64,000 bases of DNA from a candidate division FCPU426 bacterium (GCA_963771075.1 CAVYSE010000007.1:96001-160000), one strand, 5' to 3'. Counted from the stretch's first letter, positions 18,415 to 29,556 are shown. Program-made: numbers and translations. The notes: generated by a model from the sequence alone, not told the origin.

Positions 18415-19563
18415 ATGCTTTCCCGAGAAACGCTTGAACAATTAGAAGATCAAACCTTATCTTCCTACGCTCAAAAAAGCAGGGTTAGCCGGGGACGGCT
18501 GCATGCCGAGGAAGAACATCCCTATCGAACGATATTTCAAAGGGATCGGGATAGGATTATCCATTCTTCGGCCTTTCGAAGGCTTCAATATAAAACACAA
18601 GTTTTCGTCAACCATGAAGGGGATTACTACCGCACCCGAATTACCCACACTATGGAAGTGGCCCAGATTGCCAGGTCTATCGCCCGTTCCCTGGGGCTCA
18701 ACCAAGATCTCACTGAGGCCATTGCCTTGGCCCATGACTTGGGACATACGCCTTTTGGGCACTCTGGAGAAAAAGTCCTAAATGAGATCATGAAAGATGA
18801 GGGGGGGTTTGAGCATAACGCCCAAAGTTATCGGATTGTGACCCATTTGGAGGATAAATATCCGGCATTTCGGGGGCTCAATCTTTCTTACGAGGTTTTG
18901 GAGGGAGTGGATAAGCATCGGACCCGGTATGACCGGCCGTTGGATACCGTGGGGGAACAATACACCCTGGAGGCGCAAATCGTGGATCTGGCGGACGAGA
19001 TCGCTTATACCTCCCACGACCTGGATGATGGTTTAACTTCCGGCTTGCTGGGTTTTGACGGATTAGGTCAGACGGGTCTATGGAAACGTAATTATGATAA
19101 GGTCCTTATCCAAAATCCGGGGCTCGCCTCCAACAAAATGAAATACCAGACGGTCCGCTCTATTATCAATGAAGAGGTTACCGACCTTTTAACAGAGGCG
19201 GATTCGAGACTTGCAAGCCGGGGCATCCAAACCCTGGATCAGGTCCGTTCTTGTCCGGAAGAACTTGTTTCTTTTTCCAATGCGTTCCGCCAGGAACATC
19301 TGGAGATGAAAAAATACCTTTTTCAAAATATGTACCGGCATCCCAAGGTGACCCGGATGGAAGGTAAGGCCGCAAAGGTATTGAAGGAATTATTCCGTAT
19401 TTATGAGGAAACTCCAGAAATTCTCCCGGGTAATACCAGGGAAAAAATACGATTGGCCCAGGAGCCTCTCCGCCGAATCATATGTGACTATATCGCAGGA
19501 ATGACTGACCGCTTTGCAATAGAAGAATACGAAAAGCTGACTGAACCTTCCATACGGGTTTAA
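18415..19563 (+). CDS. dgt: dGTP triphosphohydrolase (HD family)
   Basis: FQRDRDRIIHSSAFRRLQYKTQVF, ALAHDLGHTPFGH, DYIAGMTDRFA. Confidence 0.95.
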   Translation: MLSRETLEQLEDQTLSSYAQKSRVSRGRLHAEEEHPYRTIFQRDRDRIIHSSAFRRLQYKTQVFVNHEGDYYRTRITHTMEVAQIARSIARSLGLNQDLTEAIALAHDLGHTPFGHSGEKVLNEIMKDEGGFEHNAQSYRIVTHLEDKYPAFRGLNLSYEVLEGVDKHRTRYDRPLDTVGEQYTLEAQIVDLADEIAYTSHDLDDGLTSGLLGFDGLGQTGLWKRNYDKVLIQNPGLASNKMKYQTVRSIINEEVTDLLTEADSRLASRGIQTLDQVRSCPEELVSFSNAFRQEHLEMKKYLFQNMYRHPKVTRMEGKAAKVLKELFRIYEETPEILPGNTREKIRLAQEPLRRIICDYIAGMTDRFAIEEYEKLTEPSIRV

Positions 19564-19583
19564 TTCAGCCCTTTTGGGCCAAG

Positions 19584-19667
19584 TTGACAGGCCTTCCCTT
19601 TGACATTAATATGACCTCACTTTAAGAAGTCCCCGTGGGCGGAATGTTCCCGGGGGCTTTTTTGTTT
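19584..19667 (+). promoter_or_regulatory. Promoter followed by a terminator-like hairpin upstream of argD
   Basis: TTGACA-17-TAATAT (19584-19612); AAGTCCCCG...CGGGGGCTT-TTTTGTTT (19627-19667). Confidence 0.55.
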
Positions 19668-19724
19668 AAAACCATCCTTGGGCGCGGAGGAAAATCGAAC
19701 CCGGGGTTGGGAAAGGGGCCTTCC

Positions 19725-20936
19725 ATGGAAACATACCAAATCATCCAACAGGGAGACGATTATCTCTTGCCGGTTTACAACCGCCAGAAGATTGTCCTGA
19801 TGCGAGGGGAGGGTGCCCATGTTTATGATTCGGAACGGGTGGTATATCTCGATTTCTTTTCCGGCATTGCGGTCAATGGGTTGGGACACGCCTGTCCCGA
19901 GGTGGTGGAAGCCATCATCGGGGAGGCAAAAAAACTGGGGCATGTCTCCAATTATTATTACAACGCCCCCAACGTGCAGTTGGCCAAACTTCTATGCGAG
20001 ATTTCGTTCGCCCAGAAAGTATTCTTTTGCAATTCGGGGACCGAGGCGGTCGAGGCGGCCCTGAAACTGTCACGCAAATATTTCCGCCGCATGGGGCAGG
20101 ATCGTTTCGAGATCATCAGTTTTTTCCAATCTTTCCATGGCCGCACATTTGGTTCTATCTCCGTGACGGGACAGGTGAAATTCCAAGAAGGGTTGGATCC
20201 ACTTCTGCCGGGAATCCGTCACGCCCAGTTTAACCATATCGAAAGCGTCAAGAAGCTCTTGAACGAAAAGACAGCGGCCATATTGGTGGAAGTGATCCAA
20301 TGTGAAGGGGGCATTCGGCCTGCCGATAAAACCTTCTTGAAAGAATTGAGTACCCTAGCCCGGGAGAACGGTATTTTCCTCATTCTGGATGAAGTCCAAA
20401 CCGGATTAGGCCGCACGGGTAAAATGTGGGCTTACGAGCATTATGACATCGAGCCCGACATGATGGTATCTGCCAAGGCGCTGGGGGGAGGCTTGCCCAT
20501 GGGAGCTTTATTGGTGACCAACCAGGCGGCCCAGGGGTTCAAACCGGGGGACCATGCCTCGACTTTCGGGGGCAATCCCATCGTTTGTGCTGCTGCCATT
20601 GCCAATATTGAGACCATTATCGGGAAGGATCTGGTGATTCATGCCGGTAAAATCGGGGAATACCTCAAAAAATCCCTGATTGGCTTGGTGAAGAATTATC
20701 CCCAATTGTTCAAGGAGTGGAGGGGGATGGGATTGGTGCAGGGTCTAGAAATGACCCGCAAGGCCGCATCCCTCGTCACCCATTGCGCCAAACAGGGACT
20801 TTTGGTGGGTTCGGCTTTTGAGAATGTGCTTCGGTTTCTGCCCCCGTTGATCATCAAGGAGACGGACGTAGATCAGGCCATGGAAAAACTCAAAAAAGCC
20901 ATTGAGGAAGAACTCAAGACAACACCTGAAGGATGA
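19725..20936 (+). CDS. argD: Acetylornithine aminotransferase
   Basis: FFCNSGTEAVEAALK, SFHGRT, LDEVQTGLGRTG, AKALGGG, HASTFGGNP; in arg operon. Confidence 0.93.
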   Translation: METYQIIQQGDDYLLPVYNRQKIVLMRGEGAHVYDSERVVYLDFFSGIAVNGLGHACPEVVEAIIGEAKKLGHVSNYYYNAPNVQLAKLLCEISFAQKVFFCNSGTEAVEAALKLSRKYFRRMGQDRFEIISFFQSFHGRTFGSISVTGQVKFQEGLDPLLPGIRHAQFNHIESVKKLLNEKTAAILVEVIQCEGGIRPADKTFLKELSTLARENGIFLILDEVQTGLGRTGKMWAYEHYDIEPDMMVSAKALGGGLPMGALLVTNQAAQGFKPGDHASTFGGNPIVCAAAIANIETIIGKDLVIHAGKIGEYLKKSLIGLVKNYPQLFKEWRGMGLVQGLEMTRKAASLVTHCAKQGLLVGSAFENVLRFLPPLIIKETDVDQAMEKLKKAIEEELKTTPEG

Positions 20937-20939
20937 AAT

Positions 20940-21869
20940 ATGCTAACCCAACCCAAACATCTTCTAACTCTTTTGGAGCTTCCTAACCAGGAGCTTCTGG
21001 GAATGTTGGCTCTCGGTGAGAAGGTCAAAAAATCACCATCGAAATATCAAAAGGCTTTGGCTGGGCAGTGCCTGGCCATGATCTTCGATAAAAGCTCGGC
21101 CAGGACCCGGATATCTTTCGAAGTCGGCATTTACCAATTAGGCGGTCACGCCCTTTTTATCAACGGGAACGAAATCCAAATCGGTAAGCGCGAGTCCGTG
21201 GGCGACACGGCGAAAGTGTTATCCCGGTATGTCCAGGCCATCATGATCCGGACATTTGGCCATTCCATCGTTGAGGAATTGGCCAAGAATTCAAGGGTTC
21301 CCGTTATTAACGGCCTTACCGATAGCCACCATCCCTGTCAGGCCTTGGCCGACCTATTAACTCTGCAGGAAGAGTTCAACCGCTTAAAGGGGCTTCAGGT
21401 CGTTTTTGTGGGAGATGGGAACAACGTGGCCCACAGCCTCATGATTGGGGCGGCGAAATCGGGGGTTCATTTTCGGCTAGTTTGTCCACCGGGTTATGAA
21501 ATGGATACAAATCTGATCCGTCAAGCCAAAGCCGAGGCCTTGAAGACTGGCGCGAGGGTCGAAACCACGCACCATATCAAAGGTTCGGTCAAGGGGGCTA
21601 ATGCCGTCTATACCGATGTTTGGACCAGCATGGGGCAAGAGGCTGAGAAAACCAAGCGATTGAAGGCCTTCAAGGGTTTTCAGGTCAATGAATCCTTAAT
21701 GAGGGAATCTCCCCAAGCGATATTTCTTCACTGTCTTCCGGCCCACCGGGGTGAGGAAGTTTCCACCGATGTAATCGATGGAGCGCGTTCCCGAGTATGG
21801 GATCAGGCGGAAAACCGATTGCATGCCCAAAAAGCGGTGCTCTTGATGTTGATGGGCAAAAACAAATGA
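20940..21869 (+). CDS. argF: Ornithine carbamoyltransferase
   Basis: FDKSSARTR, HPCQALAD, TDVWTSMG, HCLPAHRG, AENRLH. Confidence 0.96.
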   Translation: MLTQPKHLLTLLELPNQELLGMLALGEKVKKSPSKYQKALAGQCLAMIFDKSSARTRISFEVGIYQLGGHALFINGNEIQIGKRESVGDTAKVLSRYVQAIMIRTFGHSIVEELAKNSRVPVINGLTDSHHPCQALADLLTLQEEFNRLKGLQVVFVGDGNNVAHSLMIGAAKSGVHFRLVCPPGYEMDTNLIRQAKAEALKTGARVETTHHIKGSVKGANAVYTDVWTSMGQEAEKTKRLKAFKGFQVNESLMRESPQAIFLHCLPAHRGEEVSTDVIDGARSRVWDQAENRLHAQKAVLLMLMGKNK

Positions 21870-21924
21870 CGGGACTCAATGCCGATCTACAACCTGAAAC
21901 CGCCATGGATACAAGGAGCCGATC

Positions 21925-23133
21925 ATGAAAAAGGTTAAAAAAGTGGTTCTGGCTTACTCCGGTGGACTGGATACCTCGATCATCATTTCCTGGCTGAAAG
22001 AGCATTATCATTGTGAGGTGGTGGCCTTTATCGCGGACGTAGGGCAAGGGTCTGAAGTGGGGCCTGCCTATAAAAAGGCCCTGAGGACTGGGGCGATCAA
22101 GGCCGTGGTCAAGGATTTACGCAGGGAGTTTTTGGAGGAATATTGTTTCTCCGCCCTGCGCGCCCAGGCCAAATACGAGGGTACTTATCTCTTGGGAACC
22201 TCCCTGGCCCGTCCCGTCATCGCCAAGGGGCTGGTGGAGACTGCCTTGAAAGAAGGAGCGGACGCCATTTCTCATGGCGCCACGGGAAAAGGCAACGACC
22301 AGGTGCGCTTCGAGTTGACGGCCATGGCCCTGGCCCCCCATTTGAAAATTATCGCCCCCTGGAGGGAATGGGATATCCGTTCCCGCGAGGACGCCATCGA
22401 TTACGCCCAAAAGCGCGGCATCGAGGTGCCGGTCACCAAGAAGCGCCCCTATTCCATGGACGGGAACCTCTGGCATTTGAGCCACGAGGGAGGAGAATTA
22501 GAGGATCCCTGGAACGCGCCCTCCCCCCATGTCTTTTTGACCACGAAGGACCCCGCGCGCGCGCCCCAGAAACCCTTGAACCTTGTCCTGGCCTTCGAGA
22601 AGGGTACGCCCAAGGCCCTGAACGGGAAAAAGATCGGCGCGGTCGCGCTTTTGGAAAAGCTCAACAAACTGGCGGGCGCCTACGGCATCGGCCGGGTGGA
22701 CATGGTGGAAAACCGACTGGTCGGCATGAAGAGCCGGGGGGTCTACGAGTCCCCCGGGGCAACGGTGCTTTACGAAGCCCACCGCGCCCTGCAATCCTTG
22801 ACCGTGGAAAGGGACGTGCTTCATTTCGGGCAGATGCTTTCGGTAAAATACGCTGAGATCATCTACAACGGGCAATGGTTCTCGCCCTTGAGGGATTCGC
22901 TGGAGTCCTTCTTCAACGAGATGCAAAAGAACGTAACCGGGGAAGTGCGGGTGGAATTGAATCCCGGCCGGGTGACGGCCACCGGCGTGCGTTCGCCTTA
23001 TTCCCTTTACCAGCAGGACCTGGCCACCTTCGGGGAGGACGAGGTTTACAACCAGAAGGACGCCGAGGGATTCATCCGGCTTTTCGGCTTGCCGCTGAAG
23101 GTGGTGGGGACGGTGAAAAGGAAAAACAAATGA
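21925..23133 (+). CDS. argG: Argininosuccinate synthase
   Basis: [35 protein letters not shown]. Confidence 0.97.
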   Translation: MKKVKKVVLAYSGGLDTSIIISWLKEHYHCEVVAFIADVGQGSEVGPAYKKALRTGAIKAVVKDLRREFLEEYCFSALRAQAKYEGTYLLGTSLARPVIAKGLVETALKEGADAISHGATGKGNDQVRFELTAMALAPHLKIIAPWREWDIRSREDAIDYAQKRGIEVPVTKKRPYSMDGNLWHLSHEGGELEDPWNAPSPHVFLTTKDPARAPQKPLNLVLAFEKGTPKALNGKKIGAVALLEKLNKLAGAYGIGRVDMVENRLVGMKSRGVYESPGATVLYEAHRALQSLTVERDVLHFGQMLSVKYAEIIYNGQWFSPLRDSLESFFNEMQKNVTGEVRVELNPGRVTATGVRSPYSLYQQDLATFGEDEVYNQKDAEGFIRLFGLPLKVVGTVKRKNK

Positions 23134-24539
23134 AAAAGACGTGGGGCGGGAGATTTCAAAAATCCACTCATCCTCAAGTCGAAGCCTTTACCGAATCGAT
23201 TTCATTCGACCAGCGGTTGGCGCCTTACGACATCGAGGGAAGCCTAGCCCATGTCCAAACCCTCGTGAGGGCCAAACTATTGACCGTCGCGGAGGGTAAA
23301 AAGCTCCAGGCGGGACTCCTTCAGGTTCAAAAGCTCCTGCAGGCCAAAAAACTCTCGTTCGATCCATGCCTGGAAGATATCCATACGGCGGTGGAAAAGA
23401 CCTTGACCCGGATCGTAGGCCCCCTGGGCGGGAAGCTCCATACCGGGCGGTCCCGAAACGACCAGGTGGCCACTGATTTCCGCCTTTACCTGCGTCACGC
23501 GGTGAAAGAAGCCGTCGAGGCGGGAAGCCGGCTGATCGAGGTTTTGGCCCGCTTGGCTCTGCGTGAGAAGCAAACCCTCATGCCGGGTTATACCCATATG
23601 CAAAGGGCCATGCCCATCACCCTGGGTCATCATATGGCGGCTTACGCTTTTATGCTCACCCGGGATATGGACCGGTTCCTATCCGCCTGGGAAAGGGCTG
23701 ATAGCCTCTCCCTGGGATCGGGGGCCCTGGCCGGAACCAACTATGACTTTGACCGGCAATACACGGCGAAATTGCTCAGGTTAAAATCGGCGATGGAGAA
23801 CAGCCTGGACGCGGTTTCGGACAGGGATGTTTACGTGGATTTTCTCTCGGCCGCGGCCGTGACCCAAATGCACCTCTCCCGGTTTTCCGAGGACTTGATC
23901 CTCTGGGCTACCGCCGAATTCGGATTCGTCGAAATGGATGATGCCTTCGCCACCGGATCCAGCCTGATGCCCCAAAAGAAAAACCCGGACGTGGCCGAGC
24001 TGGTCCGGGGAAAGACTGGAAGGATATTCGGCAATTTGATAGGGCTCCTGACCGTCTTGAAAGGCTTGCCCCTGTCCTACAACCGCGATCTCCAGGAAGA
24101 CAAGCGGTTCGTTTTCGATTCCGCCGACACCGTCACCGCGTCCCTGAATATCATGGCGGGATTCCTCACCACTATGAAATTCCGCCGGGACAGGATGGCC
24201 GACGCCGCCGACAAGGATTTGACCCTCTTGGCCACCGATTTGGCCGACGTTTTGGTGAAAGAGGGCATGCCCTTCAGGAATGCCCATGAAATCATCGGCT
24301 CGGCCGTCCGTTACTGCCTAGGAAAAGGCAAAAGGCTGCAGGATTTGACTGATCCTGAGCTGAAACATTTCTCGAAAATGTTCCCCGATGGGGTTGGCGC
24401 GGGACTCTCGGCCTATCGTTCCGTTGTCAGGAAAAAAGCCATTGGCGGAACCTCGCCCAAGAACGTTGTCCGGCAAACAGGATTATTGAAAAAACACCTG
24501 GCGGAAATTAGAAAACGCCTTAGGACATTGAAGGATTAA
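23130..24539 (+). CDS. argH: Argininosuccinate lyase
   Basis: [36 protein letters not shown]. Confidence 0.97.
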   Translation: MKKTWGGRFQKSTHPQVEAFTESISFDQRLAPYDIEGSLAHVQTLVRAKLLTVAEGKKLQAGLLQVQKLLQAKKLSFDPCLEDIHTAVEKTLTRIVGPLGGKLHTGRSRNDQVATDFRLYLRHAVKEAVEAGSRLIEVLARLALREKQTLMPGYTHMQRAMPITLGHHMAAYAFMLTRDMDRFLSAWERADSLSLGSGALAGTNYDFDRQYTAKLLRLKSAMENSLDAVSDRDVYVDFLSAAAVTQMHLSRFSEDLILWATAEFGFVEMDDAFATGSSLMPQKKNPDVAELVRGKTGRIFGNLIGLLTVLKGLPLSYNRDLQEDKRFVFDSADTVTASLNIMAGFLTTMKFRRDRMADAADKDLTLLATDLADVLVKEGMPFRNAHEIIGSAVRYCLGKGKRLQDLTDPELKHFSKMFPDGVGAGLSAYRSVVRKKAIGGTSPKNVVRQTGLLKKHLAEIRKRLRTLKD

Positions 24540-24542
24540 CCC

Positions 24543-25790
24543 ATGACAGGATTTCACTTTAAAAAGGGCCATTGGCATTCGGATGGGGTTTCCCTGGAGA
24601 AGATCGCAAGGAAAACCGGCACCCCAGCCTATGTTTACAGCCTTCCGGCATTCGAGGAGAGGTGGAAGGAGGTGGACCAGGCCTATCGTGCGGTCCCTCA
24701 TCTGGTGGCTTACGCCATGAAAGCCAATGGGAATTTGACGGTCATGAACTCTCTCGCGAAATTAGGGTCCGGGGCCGACACGGTTTCAGGCGGTGAGATA
24801 TTCCTGGCCCGGAAGGCCGGTGTTCCCGCCAACAAGATCATCTACGCCGGGGTGGGAAAGACTGACGACGAGATCGCTTATGCGATAAAGGAAGGGATCC
24901 GTTATTTCAACGCCGAATCCATCCCCGAGATCCTGGCCATCAACGAGGTGGCCCGCAAGATGAAAAAAACCGCCCCCTTGGCTGTTCGTTTCAACCCTGA
25001 TGTGGACCCCAAAACCCACCATTACATTACTACGGGAAAAAAAGAGACGAAATTCGGAATCTACCTTGGGGACGTGGAAAAGATCATGGGAACGGTGAGG
25101 GATTGCCGAAATGTCCATTGGACAGGGGTCCATGCCCATATCGGCAGCCAGATGACCCAGACGAACTCGGTTGGCAAGGCCGCGAAGGTCCTGGAATCGC
25201 TGGTATTGCTCCTGAGAAGGGAAGGGTTCCCCATCACCACGGTGAATTCGGGTGGCGGGTACGGGATTCAATACGACCAAGAGAAGGCCCCGGACGCTTC
25301 CCGCTACGCCTCCCTCGTGATTCCGTTCATAAAACGGCTAAACGCCCAGCTGATTCTGGAACCGGGAAGGTTCATCGCCGGCAACTCGGGGGTCTTGTTG
25401 ACCCGGGTGATTTACGTGAAAAAGAGCGGGTCCAAGACCTTTTATATCGTGGACGCGGGAATGGGGGAACTGATCCGCCCCGCCCTTTACGAAGCCTATC
25501 ACCGGGTGGCTCCCGTCTCAGGCTACCAAAAGGGAACTCAAAAGGCCGATGTGGTGGGACCTATCTGCGAATCCACCGACTTTTTCGCCAAGGACCGCCT
25601 TCTTCCCCCCGTCCAGCGGGGGGACCTGCTGGTGATTTTCTCGGCGGGGGCCTATGGCGCCGTGATGGGGAGCACCTACAACGCCCGTCCCTTGGCGCCG
25701 GAGGTGGTGACCCGCGGATCCACGTTCTCCATCGCCCGGCGCCGCCAGTCCTGGAGCGACCTGACGAGGCTGGATAACTTCCGAGCCTGA
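24543..25790 (+). CDS. lysA: Diaminopimelate decarboxylase
   Basis: YAMKAN, HAHIGSQ, LEPGRFI, GPICESTD, AGAYG. Confidence 0.96.
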   Translation: MTGFHFKKGHWHSDGVSLEKIARKTGTPAYVYSLPAFEERWKEVDQAYRAVPHLVAYAMKANGNLTVMNSLAKLGSGADTVSGGEIFLARKAGVPANKIIYAGVGKTDDEIAYAIKEGIRYFNAESIPEILAINEVARKMKKTAPLAVRFNPDVDPKTHHYITTGKKETKFGIYLGDVEKIMGTVRDCRNVHWTGVHAHIGSQMTQTNSVGKAAKVLESLVLLLRREGFPITTVNSGGGYGIQYDQEKAPDASRYASLVIPFIKRLNAQLILEPGRFIAGNSGVLLTRVIYVKKSGSKTFYIVDAGMGELIRPALYEAYHRVAPVSGYQKGTQKADVVGPICESTDFFAKDRLLPPVQRGDLLVIFSAGAYGAVMGSTYNARPLAPEVVTRGSTFSIARRRQSWSDLTRLDNFRA

Positions 25791-25807
25791 TCCGTCCAAA
25801 AGTTTTC

Positions 25808-25879
25808 TTGCGATGGATGGTGAATTTACCTAAACTAACTTCACTCGACACCAACCCCCGCTTGGGGGTTTTCTTTTTT
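25808..25879 (+). promoter_or_regulatory. Promoter plus terminator-like hairpin upstream of dapA
   Basis: TTGCGA-17-TAAACT (25808-25836); AACCCCC-GCTT-GGGGGTT-TTCTTTTTT (25853-25879). Confidence 0.55.
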
Positions 25880-25907
25880 GGGGTCGGTTTTCGGATCAGG
25901 AGGTCTC

Positions 25908-26801
25908 ATGTTTCGCGGAGCCTATACCGCCCTTATCACACCTTTCAAAAACGGGAAAATCGACTTTGCCGCCATGGAATCCCTGATCGAGAACCAAATC
26001 ACCAAGGGAATCGACGGCCTGGTGCCCTGCGGCACGACCGGCGAATCCCCCACCTTGTCCGAGGCTGAGCACAAAGAGGTCATCGCCTTCACCGTCAAGA
26101 CCGTGCGCAAGAGGGTTCCCGTCATCGCCGGCACCGGCTCCAACTCCACGGCCGAGGCCGTCCAGCTCACCCAGCACGCCAAGCAGGTGGGCGCGGACGC
26201 GTCCCTCCTCATTTGCCCCTACTACAACAAGCCCTCCCAGCGGGGGTTGATCGCCCATTTCACGGCCATCGCCGACGCCGTGGATATTCCCCAGATTCCC
26301 TACAACGTGCCCGGTCGCACCGGGATCAACATCAATCCCGAGACCCTGGCGGAGCTTTCCCGCCACCGCAACATCGTGGGGGTCAAGGAAGCCAGCGGGA
26401 ACATGGAACAAATGATCCGCATCAAGGCCCTTTGCGGGAATGATTTCGACCTCATCTCGGGCGACGACCCCTTGACCCTGCCCATCCTGGCCGTGGGGGG
26501 AGTGGGGGTCATCTCGGTCACTTCCCATCTTCTTCCCGGGGAAACCTCCCGAATGGTGCACAGCTACCTGGAAGGAAAGACGGCCGAATCTAGGGATCTT
26601 TTCTACCAGTACTATGATCTAGTGAAAGCCGTCATGGGCGTGGATGTGAACCCGGTGGGCATCAAGGCCGCCCTGGCCTTGCGGGGCCAGATCCGCGAGG
26701 AATACCGCCTGCCCCTAGCGCCCCTGACCGATGAGGCGAGGGAAGGCTTGAAGAAACAGTTGGAACGATTCGGCCTTTTAACAGCGGGAAGTCTCAAATG
26801 A
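25908..26801 (+). CDS. dapA: 4-hydroxy-tetrahydrodipicolinate synthase
   Basis: GTTGESPTL, PYYNKP, YNVPGRTG, GVKEASG. Confidence 0.97.
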   Translation: MFRGAYTALITPFKNGKIDFAAMESLIENQITKGIDGLVPCGTTGESPTLSEAEHKEVIAFTVKTVRKRVPVIAGTGSNSTAEAVQLTQHAKQVGADASLLICPYYNKPSQRGLIAHFTAIADAVDIPQIPYNVPGRTGININPETLAELSRHRNIVGVKEASGNMEQMIRIKALCGNDFDLISGDDPLTLPILAVGGVGVISVTSHLLPGETSRMVHSYLEGKTAESRDLFYQYYDLVKAVMGVDVNPVGIKAALALRGQIREEYRLPLAPLTDEAREGLKKQLERFGLLTAGSLK

Positions 26802-27619
26802 GCTTGCGCTTGGTGGTTTCAGGCGCCACCGGCCGGATGGGTAAAGCCATCTTGGAATTGGCGGCTTGTGACCCCTTCTTCGTCATGGTGGGCGCCTTGG
26901 AAACCTCCCAGCATCCCGACCTGGGCAAACCCCTTTCGGCCCTTTCGCCTACCTTGCCCGACAAGGTTTTTCTCAGGGTCCGGCTATCCGAAATTTCCCC
27001 CGCGCCCCAGGTTTTGGTCGATTTCACCCAGCCCCCCGCGACCCTCGCCTACTTGAAGGAGGCGGTCGCCCTTAAAACCGCCATGGTGATCGGCACCACC
27101 GGTTTTTCCGAGGGGGAAAAGGCCGAGATCCAAAAGGCCGCCTTGGCCATCCCCATCGTCCAAGCCTCCAACATGAGCATGGGAATGAACCTTCTTTTTT
27201 CCCTCGTGCGGGAAGCGGCAGCTAAATTAGGCCAGGGGTACGACGTTGAAATCGTGGAAGCCCATCATCATCACAAAAAAGACGCCCCGTCCGGTACGGC
27301 CCTGACCCTGGGTGAATCGGTGGCGAAGGCTTGGGGGGTTCCCCTGAAGGACGTTGCGACCCATGGCCGGGAGGGCTTGGTGGGGGAAAGAAAGGCCGGA
27401 ACCATAGGCTTTCATGCGGTCAGGGGGGGAGACATCGTCGGGGACCACACCGTTCTCTTTGCCGGGCCGGGGGAAAGGCTTGAATTGACCCACCGGGCCC
27501 ACAGCCGGGTGCCCCTCGCCCAGGGGGCCTTGATGGCCGCCCGGTTCCTCGGGGATCAATCCAAGGGTTATTTCGACATGAGAGCCGTTTTGGGCCTGAA
27601 TGGCTCCCCAAAGCCGTGA
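26798..27619 (+). CDS. dapB: 4-hydroxy-tetrahydrodipicolinate reductase
   Basis: GATGRMG, EAHHHHKKDAPSGTAL, RGGDIVGDH. Confidence 0.97.
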   Translation: MSLRLVVSGATGRMGKAILELAACDPFFVMVGALETSQHPDLGKPLSALSPTLPDKVFLRVRLSEISPAPQVLVDFTQPPATLAYLKEAVALKTAMVIGTTGFSEGEKAEIQKAALAIPIVQASNMSMGMNLLFSLVREAAAKLGQGYDVEIVEAHHHHKKDAPSGTALTLGESVAKAWGVPLKDVATHGREGLVGERKAGTIGFHAVRGGDIVGDHTVLFAGPGERLELTHRAHSRVPLAQGALMAARFLGDQSKGYFDMRAVLGLNGSPKP

Positions 27620-28386
27620 AAATCGCCAGGCTGCTACATAGCAATCGTCCCCGTTGGGCCATGCTGCTGGAATCGGTTGCGACCTACCGGCTGTTCGAAT
27701 CGGAAGCCCCTTGGGCCGATCCGCTCATGGATTCCAAGTCGTATCCTCTCAAACCAGGCCAGCTACTGGTACCGTCGGTCCCTTCCAAAATAATCGCAGT
27801 AGGCTTGAACTATCAGGACCACGTGAGGGAAATGTCGCATGTTAGTCCAAAGGAACCGGTCTTATTTTTGAAGCCACCCTCTGCCTTGTTGAACCCTGAG
27901 GGCCAAATCCAGTATCCTTTTTCCTCCAATCGCGTTGATTTTGAAGCTGAATTGGCCGTGGTCCTCAAAAAGGAACTCAAAAACGCCGATCCGAAGGAAG
28001 CCCTGGGGGCGGTTTGGGGGTTCACCTGTTGCAATGACGTGACGGCCAGGGATCATCAAAAGGCGGACGGCCAGTGGGGCAGGGCGAAGGGTTTTGACAC
28101 CTTCTGTCCGTTAGGACCCTGGATTGTGACCGATTTTGAGGAGCACGACCAGAAAATCTGCACGAGGTTAAACGGCGAAGAAAAGCAATCCTCCAAAATA
28201 TCGAACCGCATATGGAGGACGGCTGAATTGCTTTCGTTTATATCGAAAGTAATGACCCTTTACCCTCTGGATGTGGTAACTACCGGGACTCCGGAGGGGG
28301 TCGGCCCCATGAAACCGGGGGATCGGGTGGAAATCGAAGTGGAGGGCATCGGCATCCTTCGAAACCAAGTGGCGCAAGAAAGATAG
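27616..28386 (+). CDS. Fumarylacetoacetate hydrolase family protein
   Basis: KIIAVGLNY, DFEAEL, NDVTARD, AKGFDTFCPLGP, TGTPEGVG. Confidence 0.93.
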   Translation: MKIARLLHSNRPRWAMLLESVATYRLFESEAPWADPLMDSKSYPLKPGQLLVPSVPSKIIAVGLNYQDHVREMSHVSPKEPVLFLKPPSALLNPEGQIQYPFSSNRVDFEAELAVVLKKELKNADPKEALGAVWGFTCCNDVTARDHQKADGQWGRAKGFDTFCPLGPWIVTDFEEHDQKICTRLNGEEKQSSKISNRIWRTAELLSFISKVMTLYPLDVVTTGTPEGVGPMKPGDRVEIEVEGIGILRNQVAQER

Positions 28387-28392
28387 GACTTC

Positions 28393-29556
28393 ATGGAATT
28401 CAAGTTATCGAACCGGCTGAACCAACTTCCGCCTTATCTCTTTATGGAGATCGACAAGAAAAAGAAAGCCGCCATTGAAAAGGGTGTGGATATCATTAGC
28501 CTGGGAGTGGGCGACCCGGATTTGGCCACGCCCGATTTCATTATTGAAGCCCTTTACCGCGCGGCCAAGGATAAGGCAAACCACCAGTATCCCTTTGGCG
28601 CAGGGTTAATGAAGTTTCGCGAAGCGGTGTCCCGTTGGTACCACCGCCGCTTCGGGGTGGACTTGGACCCCAAGGACGAAGTCGTGGCCTTGATCGGCTC
28701 CAAGGAAGGTATTGGCCACTTGCCCCTGGGAATTTTGAATCCCGGGGACATCAGCCTGATTCCTTCTCCAGGTTATCCCGTATACCACGCGGGAACCCTT
28801 TTCGCGGGCGGTATTTCCTTTTTCATGCCGCTTTTAGAAAAGAACGGGTTCCTTCCCGATTTGGATTCGATTCCTCCGGAGGTGCTGGAACGGTCCAAAA
28901 TGATCTGGACCAACTCCCCCAACAACCCAACTGCCGCCCTCGCAGGGCCGGATTTCTACGCAAAACTTGTAGCCCTGGCGCAGAAACACAATATCCTCGT
29001 CGCAAATGACGCCGCCTACACCGAGATCTATTATGACGGGAAAAAGCCCGTCAGCTTTCTTCAAACTCCCGGCGCGAAAGAGGTTGGGGTGGAGTTTCAC
29101 TCCCTCTCGAAGACCTTCAACATGACGGGTTGGCGTGTTGGTTTCGCAGTGGGCAACAAGTCCGCCCTCAAGGGACTGAGCACGGTCAAGGAAAACTTGG
29201 ATTCGGGCCTTTTCAACGCTATTCAATACGCAGGCATCGCAGGTCTGGAAGCCCCTGATTCGGTGACCGATGGGATTCGAAGTATCTACCAAGACCGTCG
29301 GGACTTTTTCACGTCGGGTCTTAAAAAATTGGGTTGGCAGTTCCAAACGCCCGAAGCGGCTTTTTACCTTTGGGTTAAGGTCCCGAAGGGTTATTCCTCC
29401 GCGGCCTGGTGCGGCAAGCTTTTGGAAGAGGCGGGCGTGGTGACGACTCCCGGAAACGGTTTTGGCCGGGAGGGGGAGGGCTATTTCCGCATGACCCTGA
29501 CTGTCGAAAAAGCCCGGTTGGAAGAGGCTTTGCAAAGATTCTCGAAGTTGAAATAG
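28393..29556 (+). CDS. dapL: LL-diaminopimelate aminotransferase (class I/II PLP enzyme)
   Basis: RLNQLPPYLF, GSKEGI, PNNPT, SLSKTFNMTGWRVG; clustered with dapA/dapB/lysA. Confidence 0.88.
   Translation: MEFKLSNRLNQLPPYLFMEIDKKKKAAIEKGVDIISLGVGDPDLATPDFIIEALYRAAKDKANHQYPFGAGLMKFREAVSRWYHRRFGVDLDPKDEVVALIGSKEGIGHLPLGILNPGDISLIPSPGYPVYHAGTLFAGGISFFMPLLEKNGFLPDLDSIPPEVLERSKMIWTNSPNNPTAALAGPDFYAKLVALAQKHNILVANDAAYTEIYYDGKKPVSFLQTPGAKEVGVEFHSLSKTFNMTGWRVGFAVGNKSALKGLSTVKENLDSGLFNAIQYAGIAGLEAPDSVTDGIRSIYQDRRDFFTSGLKKLGWQFQTPEAAFYLWVKVPKGYSSAAWCGKLLEEAGVVTTPGNGFGREGEGYFRMTLTVEKARLEEALQRFSKLK

Noticed and set aside
22875..23129. Long N-terminal extensions of argH, the ABC ATPase (33536), the TPR gene (35472) and xseA (37087)
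   Set aside because: They overlap upstream genes; family-typical starts lie at 23130, 33812, 35559 and 37180
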